Notes under the pieces: generated by a model | Seen by the model: only the letters and a program-made list of their open reading frames with translations | Told to the model about the DNA's origin: nothing | Database searches by the model: none | Translations under genes and position numbers: made by a program | Source of the DNA: Candidatus Eiseniibacteriota bacterium | Lineage (GTDB): Bacteria; Joyebacterota; Joyebacteria; Joyebacterales; Joyebacteraceae | Assembly (NCBI GenBank): GCA_043819135.1 | Contig: JBDRFG010000151.1 | Span: forward strand, 1-36,426 | Direction of reading: 5' to 3' | Length of the DNA: 36,426 nucleotides | Part shown: in pieces, positions 1-10,276 of the stretch | Position numbering within the stretch: the first letter of the stretch is position 1 | How the letters are laid out: each line of letters begins with the position of its first letter

Positions 1-1
1 C

Positions 2-34
2 ACGGCTTCTGTCTTCCTCTCGGTCTACTTCTAG
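2..34 (+). CDS. Possible 3' end of an upstream gene (…TASVFLSVYF*), reminiscent of an outer-membrane beta-barrel C-terminus
   Basis: Frame 2 is open from the window edge to TAG at 32-34. It ends in a hydrophobic stretch with terminal Phe and is followed by a terminator-like hairpin. Only 10 codons are visible. Confidence 0.25.
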   Translation, partial: TASVFLSVYF

Positions 35-104
35 GACACTGGTCGCAGAGCCTCCGGTCCGCCGTGAGGCGGCCGGCAGCTTGAGGTTTGCTGAGATGTT
101 CGAA

Positions 105-138
105 AGCGGGGCGCCCATGCGGCGCCCCGCTCTCTTTT
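105..138 (+). terminator. Rho-independent terminator-like hairpin
   Basis: Perfect 11-bp stem AGCGGGGCGCC (105-115)/GGCGCCCCGCT (121-131), 5-nt loop, followed by CTCTTTT. Confidence 0.65.
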
Positions 139-269
139 CCCACGAGTGCGCTCTTGACCCGCCCACCGTGGCGTGCAAAGCTGCCCCTTGTATGCCGAGG
201 TTCCCAAGCCACGCACCGTCACAGGAGAGAATCGGGACGGCGAACCAGCCACAGACAAAAGGAGGGCAC

Positions 270-1568
270 ATGCCGAGCGATCAGAGGCAGTTCCGTCTCA
301 GCGTCGACGAGCTTCCGACGCGTTGGTACAACATCCAGCCGGACCTCCCCGAGCCACTTCCGCCTCCCAAGGACCCGGACGACGGCCCGTCGCGCGTCGA
401 ACAACTCCCCAACATGATGATAGGCGAGTGCCTCAAGCAGGAGTTCTCGCAGGACAGGTGGATCGACATTCCGGAAGAGTTGAGGCAGCTGTACCTCCAG
501 GCCGGAAGGCCGAGGCCACTCTTCAGGGCACTCGGGCTGGAGAAGGCGCTCGGCACGCCGGCGAAGCTCTACTACAAGTCGGAGTTCTACAGCCCCACCG
601 GAAGCCACAAGGTCAACACGGCGCTAGCGCAGGCCTACTACGCGCGCGAGCAGGGGTTCGAACGACTGACTACGGAGACCGGCGCGGGGCAGTGGGGTAC
701 CGCTCTGGCCTACGGGTGCGCCCTGACGGGACTCAAGTGCACGGTCTACTGGGTGCGTGCCGTGTACAAGTGGAAGGCCGCCCGAATGGGGTTCATCAAG
801 CTCCTGGGCGCTGACGTGTGCGCGTCGCCGTCCGACCGCACGGAATGCGGGCGGAAGCTCTTCGAGCAGAACCCGGACCACCCCGGCTCGCTTGGTATCG
901 CTATCTCGGAGGGCCTGGAGGACTCGAAGAACGACCCGAAGGCGGCATACTGCCTCGGCTCGGTGCTGAACCACGTGTTGATGCACCAGACTGTGATCGG
1001 GCTCGAGACCCAGAAGCAGTTCGAGAAGGCGGGTGTCTACCCCGACCTCATTATCTCGTGCCTCGGTGGGGGCAGTAACTTCGGCGGGTTCGCCCTGCCG
1101 TTCGTCGGCGACGTGCTGACGAAGGGCAAGAAGACGAAGTTCATCGCCGCCCAGAGCCAGGCGGCGCCGAACCTCCAGGGCGAGTACCGCTACAACTTCG
1201 CCGATCATGCGGAGATGACGCCGCTCCTTAAAATGTACACGCTGGGGCACCTGACGGAGATGGAGCCCATCAAGGGCGACGGGCTGCGGTATCACGGGTG
1301 CTCGCCGATCATCAGCCTTCTCAGGCACCATGGGTACATCGACACCGTCGCGTATCCGCAGGACGAGAAGCACGTCTTCGAGAGCGCGCGGCTGTTCGTC
1401 AGGACGGAGGGGTTCCTCCCGGCGCCGGAGTCGGCGTACAGCATCTGCTGCGCGATCGACGAGGCCCTGAAATGCAAGGAGACGGGCGAGGAGAAGGTCA
1501 TCGGCTTCAACGTCAGCGGTCACGGCTTCATGGACATGGAAGGCTACAGCGAGGTGCTGGGGATATAG
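270..1568 (+). CDS. trpB: TrpB-like PLP-dependent enzyme (stand-alone tryptophan synthase beta, TrpB2 type)
   Basis: Motifs WYNI.PDLP, SPTGSHKVN (PLP lysine), TETGAGQWG, GSLGIAISE, GGGSNFGG, GLRYHG, PAPES, SGHG. ATG at 270 follows AAGGAGG. Confidence 0.92.
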   Translation: MPSDQRQFRLSVDELPTRWYNIQPDLPEPLPPPKDPDDGPSRVEQLPNMMIGECLKQEFSQDRWIDIPEELRQLYLQAGRPRPLFRALGLEKALGTPAKLYYKSEFYSPTGSHKVNTALAQAYYAREQGFERLTTETGAGQWGTALAYGCALTGLKCTVYWVRAVYKWKAARMGFIKLLGADVCASPSDRTECGRKLFEQNPDHPGSLGIAISEGLEDSKNDPKAAYCLGSVLNHVLMHQTVIGLETQKQFEKAGVYPDLIISCLGGGSNFGGFALPFVGDVLTKGKKTKFIAAQSQAAPNLQGEYRYNFADHAEMTPLLKMYTLGHLTEMEPIKGDGLRYHGCSPIISLLRHHGYIDTVAYPQDEKHVFESARLFVRTEGFLPAPESAYSICCAIDEALKCKETGEEKVIGFNVSGHGFMDMEGYSEVLGI

Positions 1569-1628
1569 CAGCGATTCCTCCTGAAGTTCATGTTCCAGAT
1601 CGCACGGACAGCTGAGGATCGAGCAATA

Positions 1629-1663
1629 GAAGAGCGGGGCGCCCGTCGGACGCTCCGCTCTTC
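1629..1663. terminator. Hairpin between convergent trpB2 and V-ATPase subunit D; likely bidirectional terminator
   Basis: GAAGAGCGGGGCG (1629-1641) pairs with CGCTCCGCTCTTC (1651-1663) with one G-U pair; lies between two convergent stop codons. Confidence 0.6.
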
Positions 1664-1690
1664 GTTCCATGTGCAGAGCACTGATTCCAG

Positions 1691-2314
1691 CTAGTGCTCC
1701 CGCACGATGTCCTTGATCTTCATGAGTCTGGTCGCCGTTTCGCGCTCCATCTCGGACAGCCGGTCGGAGATGAACCGAATGGTCTCCTCGAGACTGGGAA
1801 CGAGGATGTGCTCGAGCGCGTTGACGCGCCGGCGCGTCTTCTCGAGCTCGGCCGCGAGAAGCTGGATGGATTTCTCGACCTCCGCCAGGGACATGAGCTT
1901 CGGGAGCAGCGAGGCGTACATTTCGAGTGCGCGGTCGAGGTCCATGGTGGTTTCATAGTAGCCGTAGCCGAACTCGGCGTCCTCCGGGAGCTCGACGTGA
2001 AACTTCGGGACCTTCAGGTTCAACACCTGCTCGCGTTCAGCCTTGAGCTCGACGATCCTGCGGGAGAAAGAGAGAGCCGACGCCATGGCGCTTCCATCCA
2101 TCTCCATGCGCGCGGACACGAACGCCCGATAGGCCTCTGAGAGTTCCGCCTCGACCTCCTTACGCAGGTCGCGGGCGCTGTGCACCATCCCCAGGAAGCG
2201 GCGCATCAGCTCCTCCTGCTTGTCCTTGAGGAGCTTGTGGCCGCGCTTCGCCAGGGTCAGGCGTCGCCTCAGCCTCAGAAGCTGCATTCTGTTGGGGTTC
2301 GCGCGAAGTCGCAT
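1691..2314 (-). CDS. atpD: V/A-type ATP synthase subunit D
   Basis: N-terminal PNRMQL…RGHKLLKDKQ and C-terminal KTRRRVNALEH motifs; last gene of the operon. Confidence 0.95.
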   Translation of the reverse strand: MRLRANPNRMQLLRLRRRLTLAKRGHKLLKDKQEELMRRFLGMVHSARDLRKEVEAELSEAYRAFVSARMEMDGSAMASALSFSRRIVELKAEREQVLNLKVPKFHVELPEDAEFGYGYYETTMDLDRALEMYASLLPKLMSLAEVEKSIQLLAAELEKTRRRVNALEHILVPSLEETIRFISDRLSEMERETATRLMKIKDIVREH

Positions 2315-2359
2315 GACTCTCTTCCGTTGGGCTGCCGGGCCGCGGCCGGGCCGGGCGTT

Positions 2360-3784
2360 CTACTTCCCCTTGACCGCTTCTGTCTCCGGGAGCGCTTCTT
2401 TCGCCTCGGCGCCCGTGCGCTTGAGGTACTTCTCGATCTGCGCGGGCTTGACGCGCTTGAGTTCCGACAACGGCAGGATCTCCAGGAGCTCCCAGCCGAG
2501 CGTCAGCGTCTCTTCGATCGTCCGGTTCTCGTCGCCTCCCTGCTTGACGTACCTGTTCTCGAAGACCTCGGCGAACTTAAAGAACGCCCTGTCCTCCGAC
2601 GACAACGCAGCCTCGCCCAGAATGACCGCAAGCTCCTGCGCCTCTTTGCCGCGCGCGTACGCGGCGAAGAGCTGATTGGCAAGGTTCGCGTGGTCCTCCC
2701 GCGTCCGTCCCTCACCGATGCCCTTGTCCCTCAGACGCGAGAGCGACGGCAGCACGTTGATCGGCGGGTAGATGCCCTTCCGATGCAGCGCGCGATCGAG
2801 GATGATCTGACCCTCGGTTATGTAGCCGGTGAGGTCGGGTATCGGGTGCGTCTTGTCGTCCTCCGGCATCGAGACCACCGGAATCTGCGTGATGGAACCG
2901 CCCTTGCCCTTGATGCGCCCCGCGCGCTCGTAGATGGTCGACAGGTCCGTATAGAGGTATCCGGGATAGCCTCGACGACCCGGGACCTCCTTGCGCGCCG
3001 CCGAGATCTCGCGCAGCGCCTCGCAGTAGTTCGTAAGATCAGTCAGGATGACCAGCACGTGCATCTCGAGCTCGTACGCCAGGTACTCCGCTGCGGTCAG
3101 CGCCATCCGCGGCGTGGCGATCCGCTCGATCGCGGGGTCGTTGGCCAGGTTGACGTACAGAACGGCGCGGTCGATGGCGCCGGTCCGGCGGAAGTCGGAG
3201 ATGAAGTACTCGGCCTCCTCGAACGTAATGCCCATCGCCGCGAACACGACGGCGAAGCTGCCCTCGGTCCCGAGCACCGCCGCCTGGCGCGCGATCTGCG
3301 CCGCGAGCTCCGCATGCGGAAGACCGAAGCCGCTGAAGATGGGAAGCTTCTGCCCGCGCACGAGCGTGTTCAGCCCGTCGATGGACGAGATCCCGGTCTG
3401 GATGAACTCGTTCGGGTAATCGCGAGCGGTCGGGTTGAGTGGAGCGCCGGCAACGTCACGCTTGATCTCGGGGATGACCTGGGGCCCGCCGTCCTTGGGC
3501 CGTCCGAGCCCGTCGAAGACCCTTCCCAGAATGTCCGGCGACAGGCCCAGCTCGAGCCCGTGCCCAAGGAAGCGCACCTTAGCGCTGTCTACCGACACAC
3601 CCGTGGCGCCCTCGAAGAGCTGCACCAGCGCGGTGTCCTCGTCGACCTCGAGCACCCTGCCCCGCCTCACCTCACCGTTAGGCAGCTCGACCTCGACCAG
3701 CTCTTCGTACTTGACCCCGGACACGCCCCCCACCAGCAGAAGTGGCCCGGCTATCTCTTGGACGGTCCTGTATTCCTTTACCAT
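2360..3784 (-). CDS. atpB: V/A-type ATP synthase subunit B
   Basis: MVKEYRT…[60 protein letters not shown] at 3784 follows GAGGAG. Confidence 0.97.
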   Translation of the reverse strand: MVKEYRTVQEIAGPLLLVGGVSGVKYEELVEVELPNGEVRRGRVLEVDEDTALVQLFEGATGVSVDSAKVRFLGHGLELGLSPDILGRVFDGLGRPKDGGPQVIPEIKRDVAGAPLNPTARDYPNEFIQTGISSIDGLNTLVRGQKLPIFSGFGLPHAELAAQIARQAAVLGTEGSFAVVFAAMGITFEEAEYFISDFRRTGAIDRAVLYVNLANDPAIERIATPRMALTAAEYLAYELEMHVLVILTDLTNYCEALREISAARKEVPGRRGYPGYLYTDLSTIYERAGRIKGKGGSITQIPVVSMPEDDKTHPIPDLTGYITEGQIILDRALHRKGIYPPINVLPSLSRLRDKGIGEGRTREDHANLANQLFAAYARGKEAQELAVILGEAALSSEDRAFFKFAEVFENRYVKQGGDENRTIEETLTLGWELLEILPLSELKRVKPAQIEKYLKRTGAEAKEALPETEAVKGK

Positions 3785-3863
3785 CGGCAGCTCTCCTCGA
3801 ACCAGTTGGTCGTTCGTGCCTGCGGCCCGTCGTCTAACTGCGCGGCGCGTATGCGCCCTGCCG

Positions 3864-5654
3864 CTACACGGCCTCTCCCACGCCCGCCTTCTCCTCCACC
3901 AGCGCACGTATCTGAGTCTCGATGCGCCCGGCGATGGCGTCCAGCTCGTCCATGTCGGCCTCCGGGATGTACCGGGACCGCGCGATCTCTTCCTGGACAG
4001 GCAGGCCGAGGATGGCCTCGGACGGAACGCCCTGGTCGACGGCGTCGCGGGCGTGGCGGTTCATCGCCATGATGTTCCTGAGCATCCTGTGCTGCTTCGG
4101 GAACGATGTGTAGGTGTCGACCTCGTCGAACGCGTTCTGGTGCAGGAAGTCCTCGCGGATCGCCTTCGCCGTTCCGAGGACAAGGCGGTCTCGGTTCGAC
4201 AGGGAATCGACGCCGACGAGCCGCGCGATCTCCTTGAGTTCGGCCTCCTGCTGGAGGATTCTCATAGCTTCCTGCCGCATTCCCTCCCACTCTTCCGACA
4301 CCTCGGTTCGGAAGTACGCCGCGAGGCTCTCATGATAGAGCGAGTAGCTCGTGAGCCAGTTGATCGCCGGGAAGTGTCGCTCGTACGCCAGCCAGTCCTC
4401 GAGCGACCAGAAGACCTTCACCACCTTCAGCGTCGCCTGGACGACCGGGTCTGAGAGATCGCCGCCCGGAGGTGAGACCGCGCCGACCGCGGTGATCGCG
4501 CCGATGCGCTCGTCCGAACCCAGGGTCTTCACCCTGCCCGCGCGCTCGTAGAATTGAGCCGCGCGCGCCGGGAGGTAGGCGGGGTAGCCCTCCTCACCAG
4601 GCATCTCCTCGAGACGGCCGGACATCTCACGGAGCGCCTCGGCCCACCGGGAGGTCGAGTCCGCCATCAGCGCGACCGAATAACCCATGTCGCGGTAGTA
4701 CTCGGCGATCGTGATCCCGGTGTAGATGGAGGCCTCGCGAGCGGCGACCGGCATGTTCGACGTGTTGGCCACGAGCACCGTGCGCTTCATCAGCGGCTCG
4801 CCGGAGCGAGGGTCCTTGAGCTCCGGGAACTCCATCAGCACGTCGGTCATCTCGTTGCCGCGCTCGCCGCACCCGATGTAGACGACTATCTCGGCGTCGG
4901 CCCACTTGGCCAGTTGGTGCTGGATGACGGTCTTGCCGGCGCCGAACGGACCCGGCACGCAGCCGGTTCCGCCCTTTGCGATCGGGAAGAAGGCGTCGAT
5001 CACTCGCTGCCCAGTGACAAGCGGCTCCTCCGGACTGAGACGATCGCGATAGGGTCGGGCCTGACGGACGGGCCAGCGCTGCATCATGGTCAACTGGCGC
5101 TTGCCGCCCTCGAACTCGAGCTCGCCGATGACGTCGGTCACTTTGTGGCTGCCGCTTTCGAGCCTGGTGATCTTTCCGGACACGCCGGGTGGCACGAGAA
5201 CCTTGTGCGTCACCAACGCGGACTCGGGCACGGTCCCGAGGATGTCACCACCCACCACCTCATCGCCCACCCTGGCCGTTGCCGTGAACTCCCACACCCT
5301 TTCCCTGTCCAGACCCGGGACGGAGACGCCGCGCGTGATGTGCGCGCCCACCAGTTCCCGGATCTTGTCGAGGGGGCGCTGGATGCCGTCGTATATCGAC
5401 TCGATGAGACCGGGACCCAACTCGACCGACAGCGGCTCGCCGGAAGAAATGACCGGCTCGCCCGGACCCAGGCCGCCCGTGTCCTCGTAGACCTGGATCG
5501 ATGCCAGGTCTCCCTTGACCTCGATGATCTCTCCGATCAGGTTCTTGTCGCTAACGAGGACGACGTCGAACATCTTCGCCGCGCGCATCCCGTCTGCGAC
5601 AACGAGAGGTCCGGACACCTTCCGGATGGTTCCCTGAACCCTGGTCTCTTCCAT
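3864..5654 (-). CDS. atpA: V/A-type ATP synthase catalytic subunit A
   Basis: Walker [46 protein letters not shown] at 5654 follows AGGAGA. Confidence 0.97.
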   Translation of the reverse strand: MEETRVQGTIRKVSGPLVVADGMRAAKMFDVVLVSDKNLIGEIIEVKGDLASIQVYEDTGGLGPGEPVISSGEPLSVELGPGLIESIYDGIQRPLDKIRELVGAHITRGVSVPGLDRERVWEFTATARVGDEVVGGDILGTVPESALVTHKVLVPPGVSGKITRLESGSHKVTDVIGELEFEGGKRQLTMMQRWPVRQARPYRDRLSPEEPLVTGQRVIDAFFPIAKGGTGCVPGPFGAGKTVIQHQLAKWADAEIVVYIGCGERGNEMTDVLMEFPELKDPRSGEPLMKRTVLVANTSNMPVAAREASIYTGITIAEYYRDMGYSVALMADSTSRWAEALREMSGRLEEMPGEEGYPAYLPARAAQFYERAGRVKTLGSDERIGAITAVGAVSPPGGDLSDPVVQATLKVVKVFWSLEDWLAYERHFPAINWLTSYSLYHESLAAYFRTEVSEEWEGMRQEAMRILQQEAELKEIARLVGVDSLSNRDRLVLGTAKAIREDFLHQNAFDEVDTYTSFPKQHRMLRNIMAMNRHARDAVDQGVPSEAILGLPVQEEIARSRYIPEADMDELDAIAGRIETQIRALVEEKAGVGEAV

Positions 5655-5726
5655 GCTCGATTCTCCTGTTGGGAACACAGCGCGCCGGCCGAGTCATCGC
5701 CGTCGCGGACGGTTCGGGCGCCGGGG

Positions 5727-6056
5727 CTAGTCCTTCTCCCCAGATTCCGCAAAGATGTCGGCGCCTACCGCGGCCGATACGGCCTTGTGTATCTCGGTGG
5801 CCGCCAGCCCCCTCGAGCCGGTTACGCCCGGCAGGACCGTGACCGTCGGAAGTGCAAGATCTCTGTACTTCGCCATCTGGTCGGAGCAAGCTTCGTAGAC
5901 GTCCTCGGTGACGAAGATGACCGCGTGGGCTCCGCTAACCGCCGCATCGAATGCGGCGCTCGCCTCGTCCGATCCCGCGACCGGAAACACGGCGAGACCG
6001 AAGGCTTTGAAGCCCCACACAGAATCTCTGTCACCTATGAAAGCGATCTTAGACAT
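5727..6056 (-). CDS. atpF: V/A-type ATP synthase subunit F
   Basis: KIAFIGDRDSVWGFKAFG N-terminus and AVGADI C-terminus; 109 aa; lies between C and A. Confidence 0.92.
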   Translation of the reverse strand: MSKIAFIGDRDSVWGFKAFGLAVFPVAGSDEASAAFDAAVSGAHAVIFVTEDVYEACSDQMAKYRDLALPTVTVLPGVTGSRGLAATEIHKAVSAAVGADIFAESGEKD

Positions 6057-7068
6057 GGGCGGCCCTCAGCCTCGCCTCGACCGCGGCGCGCGGAACGCCG
6101 TCCAGCTTCGCGGCGACGGCGGCCCGGACGAGCTTGATCTCCAGGACTCGCAGCAGTATGAACGCGACCAGCGGCTCGATCCCGTACGCGATGGTCCTGG
6201 CCTGCTCCATGTGCTCGAGCAGAATGTTGTCACACGCAAGCTCGAGAGCGTTTGCCATGCTGGCGGTCCACTCGCGAAACACCGGCGCGAGTGCGCCGTA
6301 GCGGCCGTACTCGAGGCTGCGCGCGAACGCGTCCACGGGTTCACCCAGGTGCGCCTCGAAGAAGGAGAGGTCAAGCGTTCCTCCGGGAACGAACGCGCGG
6401 AAGAGGTCCGTTCGGTCCCTGCCCGCTTCCTTGATCCTTATGAAGGCCTTCACGTTGGCGATGTCGATCTCGATGTGAAAGTACCCGACGAGGAACTCGT
6501 TGCCGGAATCATAGGCGGTTCCCAGGAGGTGCTTCCACATAGCGAGATCGAACTCGCGGTCCACTCCCGCCAGTTCGTTGCTGTCCAGGTAGCTGTCCCT
6601 CGCCGCCCTGACGGCGCCGGAGAGAACGGACGGCAGCGACGTGAGGTCGTCATCCTGCAGCGCCTTCTGAAGCACGGGGAGGGCAATGGTGCCCGGGCCG
6701 TCTACGAGACCGATCTCCTCGCCCGCCCGTCCTGCTGCTTCCTCGAGCTTGAGAAGCGCCGCCTTCGTGAGCGATTTCAGATTCCGAAAGTCCCAGCGAA
6801 GTCGGAAGAGGTCGATGAGTTCGGGCTCGGGTGAGAGCGCCGCAACGGTCGACAGTGTATCCGCGAGCGCCCGGGCCAGGCCGCTCTCGAGACCCTCCGG
6901 GCGGTCGACGTCGGAAACGGACTCCTGGAACGCCGAATCGGCCAGCACCTTGAGCGCGCCCTCCGCGTCCTCGGCGAGAAGCCGCTCGATCCATTGCCGG
7001 TCGAGAAGCCGGGTCTCCAGGCCCCTGACCCGCGCTACGGCGTATGCGTATCTTGTGTCGTCGGCCAT
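6049..7068 (-). CDS. atpC: V/A-type ATP synthase subunit C (AC39 family)
   Basis: YAYAVARVRGLETRLL N-terminus, D..NLK and ID..NVK repeats, GIEPLVAF; position in operon. Confidence 0.9.
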   Translation of the reverse strand: MADDTRYAYAVARVRGLETRLLDRQWIERLLAEDAEGALKVLADSAFQESVSDVDRPEGLESGLARALADTLSTVAALSPEPELIDLFRLRWDFRNLKSLTKAALLKLEEAAGRAGEEIGLVDGPGTIALPVLQKALQDDDLTSLPSVLSGAVRAARDSYLDSNELAGVDREFDLAMWKHLLGTAYDSGNEFLVGYFHIEIDIANVKAFIRIKEAGRDRTDLFRAFVPGGTLDLSFFEAHLGEPVDAFARSLEYGRYGALAPVFREWTASMANALELACDNILLEHMEQARTIAYGIEPLVAFILLRVLEIKLVRAAVAAKLDGVPRAAVEARLRAAHV

Positions 7069-7074
7069 CCGCCG

Positions 7075-7671
7075 CTACTCCCCGCTACCGCCAAACAGTA
7101 TCGCCGCGATCTCGATCTCCAGTCTTTCCCTGGCGTCTCGGAGGATCGTCTCAAGCGCACAGTTGGTCTCCACCCTTCCACTTCTCAGGATGAAGCCGCC
7201 TCTTATCGGCCGCCGCTCGCTCGAGAGCTTGAGGCCGCCGCCCCAGCCTGCTTCCTTCGACACGGAATCAAGGTACGCCTGGTCGATCCGCGTCTCGGTC
7301 GCCCCTATCAGAACTTCCTCGTCGCCCGATTCGACCGTGCTCTTGAGAAACCCCGTGATGAACTTCCGGTACTCAACCTGGTCCATTCCGGCGATCTTCT
7401 TCCCGGCTTCGTCGAAGACGCGGTCGATGAACCCCTGTTTCTCGTCGAGCAGTTCCCGCCGGGCAGCAAGCCGGGCGAGCGTCGTGATGCGGTTCCGCTC
7501 CTCCTGAGCGCGCTGCTCCGCCTTCGCCCTCAGTTCTTTCTTCTGAGCCTCGGCCCTGGCGCGCGCTTCGCCCGCCACGACGTCGGCCGCCTCCTGACCC
7601 TCGGAGACGATCTTCCGGGCCGCCTCCTCGGCGTCCGCCTTGATCTTCTTCAGGATGTCGTCGACAGCCAT
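7075..7671 (-). CDS. atpE: V/A-type ATP synthase subunit E
   Basis: MAVDDILKKI plus coiled-coil N-half, GGFIL…ETNC..E C-terminal motif. ATG at 7671. Confidence 0.9.
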   Translation of the reverse strand: MAVDDILKKIKADAEEAARKIVSEGQEAADVVAGEARARAEAQKKELRAKAEQRAQEERNRITTLARLAARRELLDEKQGFIDRVFDEAGKKIAGMDQVEYRKFITGFLKSTVESGDEEVLIGATETRIDQAYLDSVSKEAGWGGGLKLSSERRPIRGGFILRSGRVETNCALETILRDARERLEIEIAAILFGGSGE

Positions 7672-7742
7672 CGATCTACCGCCTGTTCGTTCGCCCCCCG
7701 GCGCGCTGCGACGAGGAGCCGAAGACATGTTGGTATCCCGTA

Positions 7743-8207
7743 CTACATGCCGATCTTCTGCAGGAGCAGGATCGTCCCGAGGAGCCCGAGCACCGCGTAC
7801 GTCTCGACGACGATCGCGAAGATCATGCCCTTGCCCATCTCGTCCGGACGCTTGGCGACCAGACCGCAGGCCGCGCCGGACACCTTCCCCTGCGCGATAC
7901 CGGACGTGAGGCCCGTGATGGCCAGCGGCACGCACGCGAAGAGGACCTGCCAGCCCTGCGCCATCGTCATGTCGGTCAGGCCCAGCGCGGTCATCTTGCC
8001 GAGGGCGAGAAAGAGCCCCACAATGCCGTAGATGCCCTGGGTCCCGGGAAGCGCTTGGAGAAGAAGCAGCCGCCCGAACTTCTCAGGGTCCTCCGCCACG
8101 ACGCCCGAGCCCGCCTGGCCGCCGATCCCGGTGCCGATCGCGGAGCCGGTCCCCGCGAGGCCGGCCGCGAGGGCCGCGCCCGCCAATCCCAGCATCAGTC
8201 CATCCAT
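7743..8207 (-). CDS. atpK: V/A-type ATP synthase rotor subunit K (four-helix proteolipid, Na+-type signature)
   Basis: PEKFG…LPGTQGIYG, SGIAQG and VETYA match the Enterococcus hirae NtpK ion-binding segments. Confidence 0.95.
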   Translation of the reverse strand: MDGLMLGLAGAALAAGLAGTGSAIGTGIGGQAGSGVVAEDPEKFGRLLLLQALPGTQGIYGIVGLFLALGKMTALGLTDMTMAQGWQVLFACVPLAITGLTSGIAQGKVSGAACGLVAKRPDEMGKGMIFAIVVETYAVLGLLGTILLLQKIGM

Positions 8208-8299
8208 ACCAGAACTCCTTCCTTGCCTGCTGTGTCTTCCGCGTTCTCGTCTTGTTTGCGTTCCGGCACGTCACGCCCCGTCCGCGGGGCGCCCGGCCG

Positions 8300-10270
8300 T
8301 TACTCCCTCTTCGTCATCGAGTACCGCTTCTCCACCCTGAACGGCTCGAACGCCCGACCTCCTCCGGTGAAGAACTTCGAGAAGAACTCCAGATACTGAA
8401 GTCGCGCCGAATGAACAAAGCCACCCAAGCAGTTGACGGCAAGGTTGAAGAGGTGGCCGCCTATCAGGATCAGGACCACGACGACCGGCCCCACAATGGG
8501 GATGCCGCTCGCCATTTCCGCGACTCCGTTGATGGCCATGGCGATTGCGCCCGTCGCAAGTCCGAGCGCCAGGAGCCGCGCGTACGAGAGTATGTCGCCG
8601 AAGTAGCCGACGATGTCGTAAAGCTTGAGAACGCCTCCCAGGATCTTCATGATCGGGTTGCTGTTCTTCCGCGCACCGGTGAGGACGACGAGCGCGCCTG
8701 CGGCCATCGCGCCCTTGCCCGAGACGGCCATTACGCCCTCGGGAACGCTCCCACCCAGAATGAAGTTGTATCCCAGTGGGACCAGGAGCGCCAGGAAGAA
8801 GACCCACAGGAGCTGGTCGAGCATGCCGTCGATCCAGCGTCCCTCTCTGATATCCGCGACCATCCTTATGATCAGGCCCGCCATTATCTGCACGATGCCG
8901 AGTATGAAGACCACATTGAGCATCTTCATCGGCTCCTCGAGCGGGTTCATGACTATGGCGCTGCGAAGCCATCCGGGCATGACGGCCTGGTCTATGCCGA
9001 ACCAGCCGCCCGTGACGGCGCCGACGACAGCGGTGGAGATGCCACCCATCATCAGAAGCTTCATGAGCTGGCGCCCGCCGCCGGGTTGCATCTTGGTCAT
9101 GAGGAAGAGCGACACGGCCGCCAGCGTGAGGCCGTAGCCGCCGTCGCTGACACACAGTCCGAAGAAGACGATGAAGAAGGGGGCGAGAAGCGGTGTCGGA
9201 TCTCGTTCCAAATAGGCCGGTCTGCCGTAGAGCGTCGTCACGAACTCGAACGGGTTGACCGCGCTCGAGTTGTGAAGGTCGATGGGAACGTCCTCCCCCT
9301 TCGCAGGATCTCGGCTCAGAATCTCGACCTCGGGGGCGATCTCGGCAAGTCGCGAGTGGATGCCCTCTTCATCCCGTCCCCGGATCCAACCTTCCACGAG
9401 AAACGTCTCGCGCGTGGTGCCGAACCGCTCCTCCGCTACTTTCTTCGCGAGCGTCTCGGCGCCCTCGTCGAGGACGACCAGGACTGTGCGGTGTTCGCGC
9501 GCAAGCTCGGTGGCCTCTTCTTTGAGTTCCTCGATCTTCGCGCGAAGGCCGTCGGCCTCCTCGAGCAACGTCGCGGCCGCCCGCTCCGGCATTCCGGAGG
9601 CACCCGAGAGGTTCGCCCGGCGTGCGTTGTGTCTCTTGAGGATGGGCGCGACCAGCAACTCATCGCTCTTCAGGAAGAACACGGCCAGGTAGGCCGACGA
9701 ACCCGACCTCGATACTTCGACGAGCTCGGCCTCGCTCGTCGCCTCCCCGAGTTCGGCGGAGAGTTCATCCACGTCGGACGATTCCACCGTCAGGAGAGCG
9801 ACGGTCGCAAGTCGCGTGTCCTCCACTTCTTCGATCAGCGCGTCGATGCGGGCCCAGTGCCCGAGTTCCGCCGCCAGAGATTCCTTGCGGTCTATCCCCG
9901 CCTCTGCGCCGCGCATGGCGCCTTCGAGTTCGATGACGCGGTGGTACCAATCATCGAGGTCGAAGCTCTCCATGATGCCCGAAAGTTCGTCGGCCCCGAT
10001 CGCGACACGAGGGTTGAACATCGTGTCGAGGGATTTCTTCTCTTTGGAAATGTAGGGCTTGAGGAAGTCCTTGAGGTGTTCGAGCTTGCTCAGCTTGACC
10101 TGCAGGTCGCGCTCGCTCTCGCGGCGCGACTCTTCGTCGCAGCCGCGTTCGAACTCGATCGACGGCTCCGTGATATGGAGCGCGCCCCCCTCGCGGAGAG
10201 CGGCTACGATCCCGTCCTTGACGCCCTTGTGCGCCAGGATCTGTATCTTCCTCATCCGGCTCACAGCCAT
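8300..10270 (-). CDS. atpI: V/A-type ATP synthase subunit I (a)
   Basis: Soluble N-half; YGRP.Y.ERDPT, FFG…DGGYG, DILSYARLLALGLA (essential Arg), HSARLQYLEFFSKF. Confidence 0.95.
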   Translation of the reverse strand: MAVSRMRKIQILAHKGVKDGIVAALREGGALHITEPSIEFERGCDEESRRESERDLQVKLSKLEHLKDFLKPYISKEKKSLDTMFNPRVAIGADELSGIMESFDLDDWYHRVIELEGAMRGAEAGIDRKESLAAELGHWARIDALIEEVEDTRLATVALLTVESSDVDELSAELGEATSEAELVEVSRSGSSAYLAVFFLKSDELLVAPILKRHNARRANLSGASGMPERAAATLLEEADGLRAKIEELKEEATELAREHRTVLVVLDEGAETLAKKVAEERFGTTRETFLVEGWIRGRDEEGIHSRLAEIAPEVEILSRDPAKGEDVPIDLHNSSAVNPFEFVTTLYGRPAYLERDPTPLLAPFFIVFFGLCVSDGGYGLTLAAVSLFLMTKMQPGGGRQLMKLLMMGGISTAVVGAVTGGWFGIDQAVMPGWLRSAIVMNPLEEPMKMLNVVFILGIVQIMAGLIIRMVADIREGRWIDGMLDQLLWVFFLALLVPLGYNFILGGSVPEGVMAVSGKGAMAAGALVVLTGARKNSNPIMKILGGVLKLYDIVGYFGDILSYARLLALGLATGAIAMAINGVAEMASGIPIVGPVVVVLILIGGHLFNLAVNCLGGFVHSARLQYLEFFSKFFTGGGRAFEPFRVEKRYSMTKRE

Positions 10271-10276
10271 CCGACG

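Noticed and set aside
81..269. Long N-terminal extensions in the ORF track for trpB2 (also atpB, atpE, bactofilin, parB, jag, rpmH and the AsrA-like gene)
   Set aside because: Downstream starts have better SD sequences and coincide with the family N-termini. The gyrB extension differs because it has no alternative start near the core.
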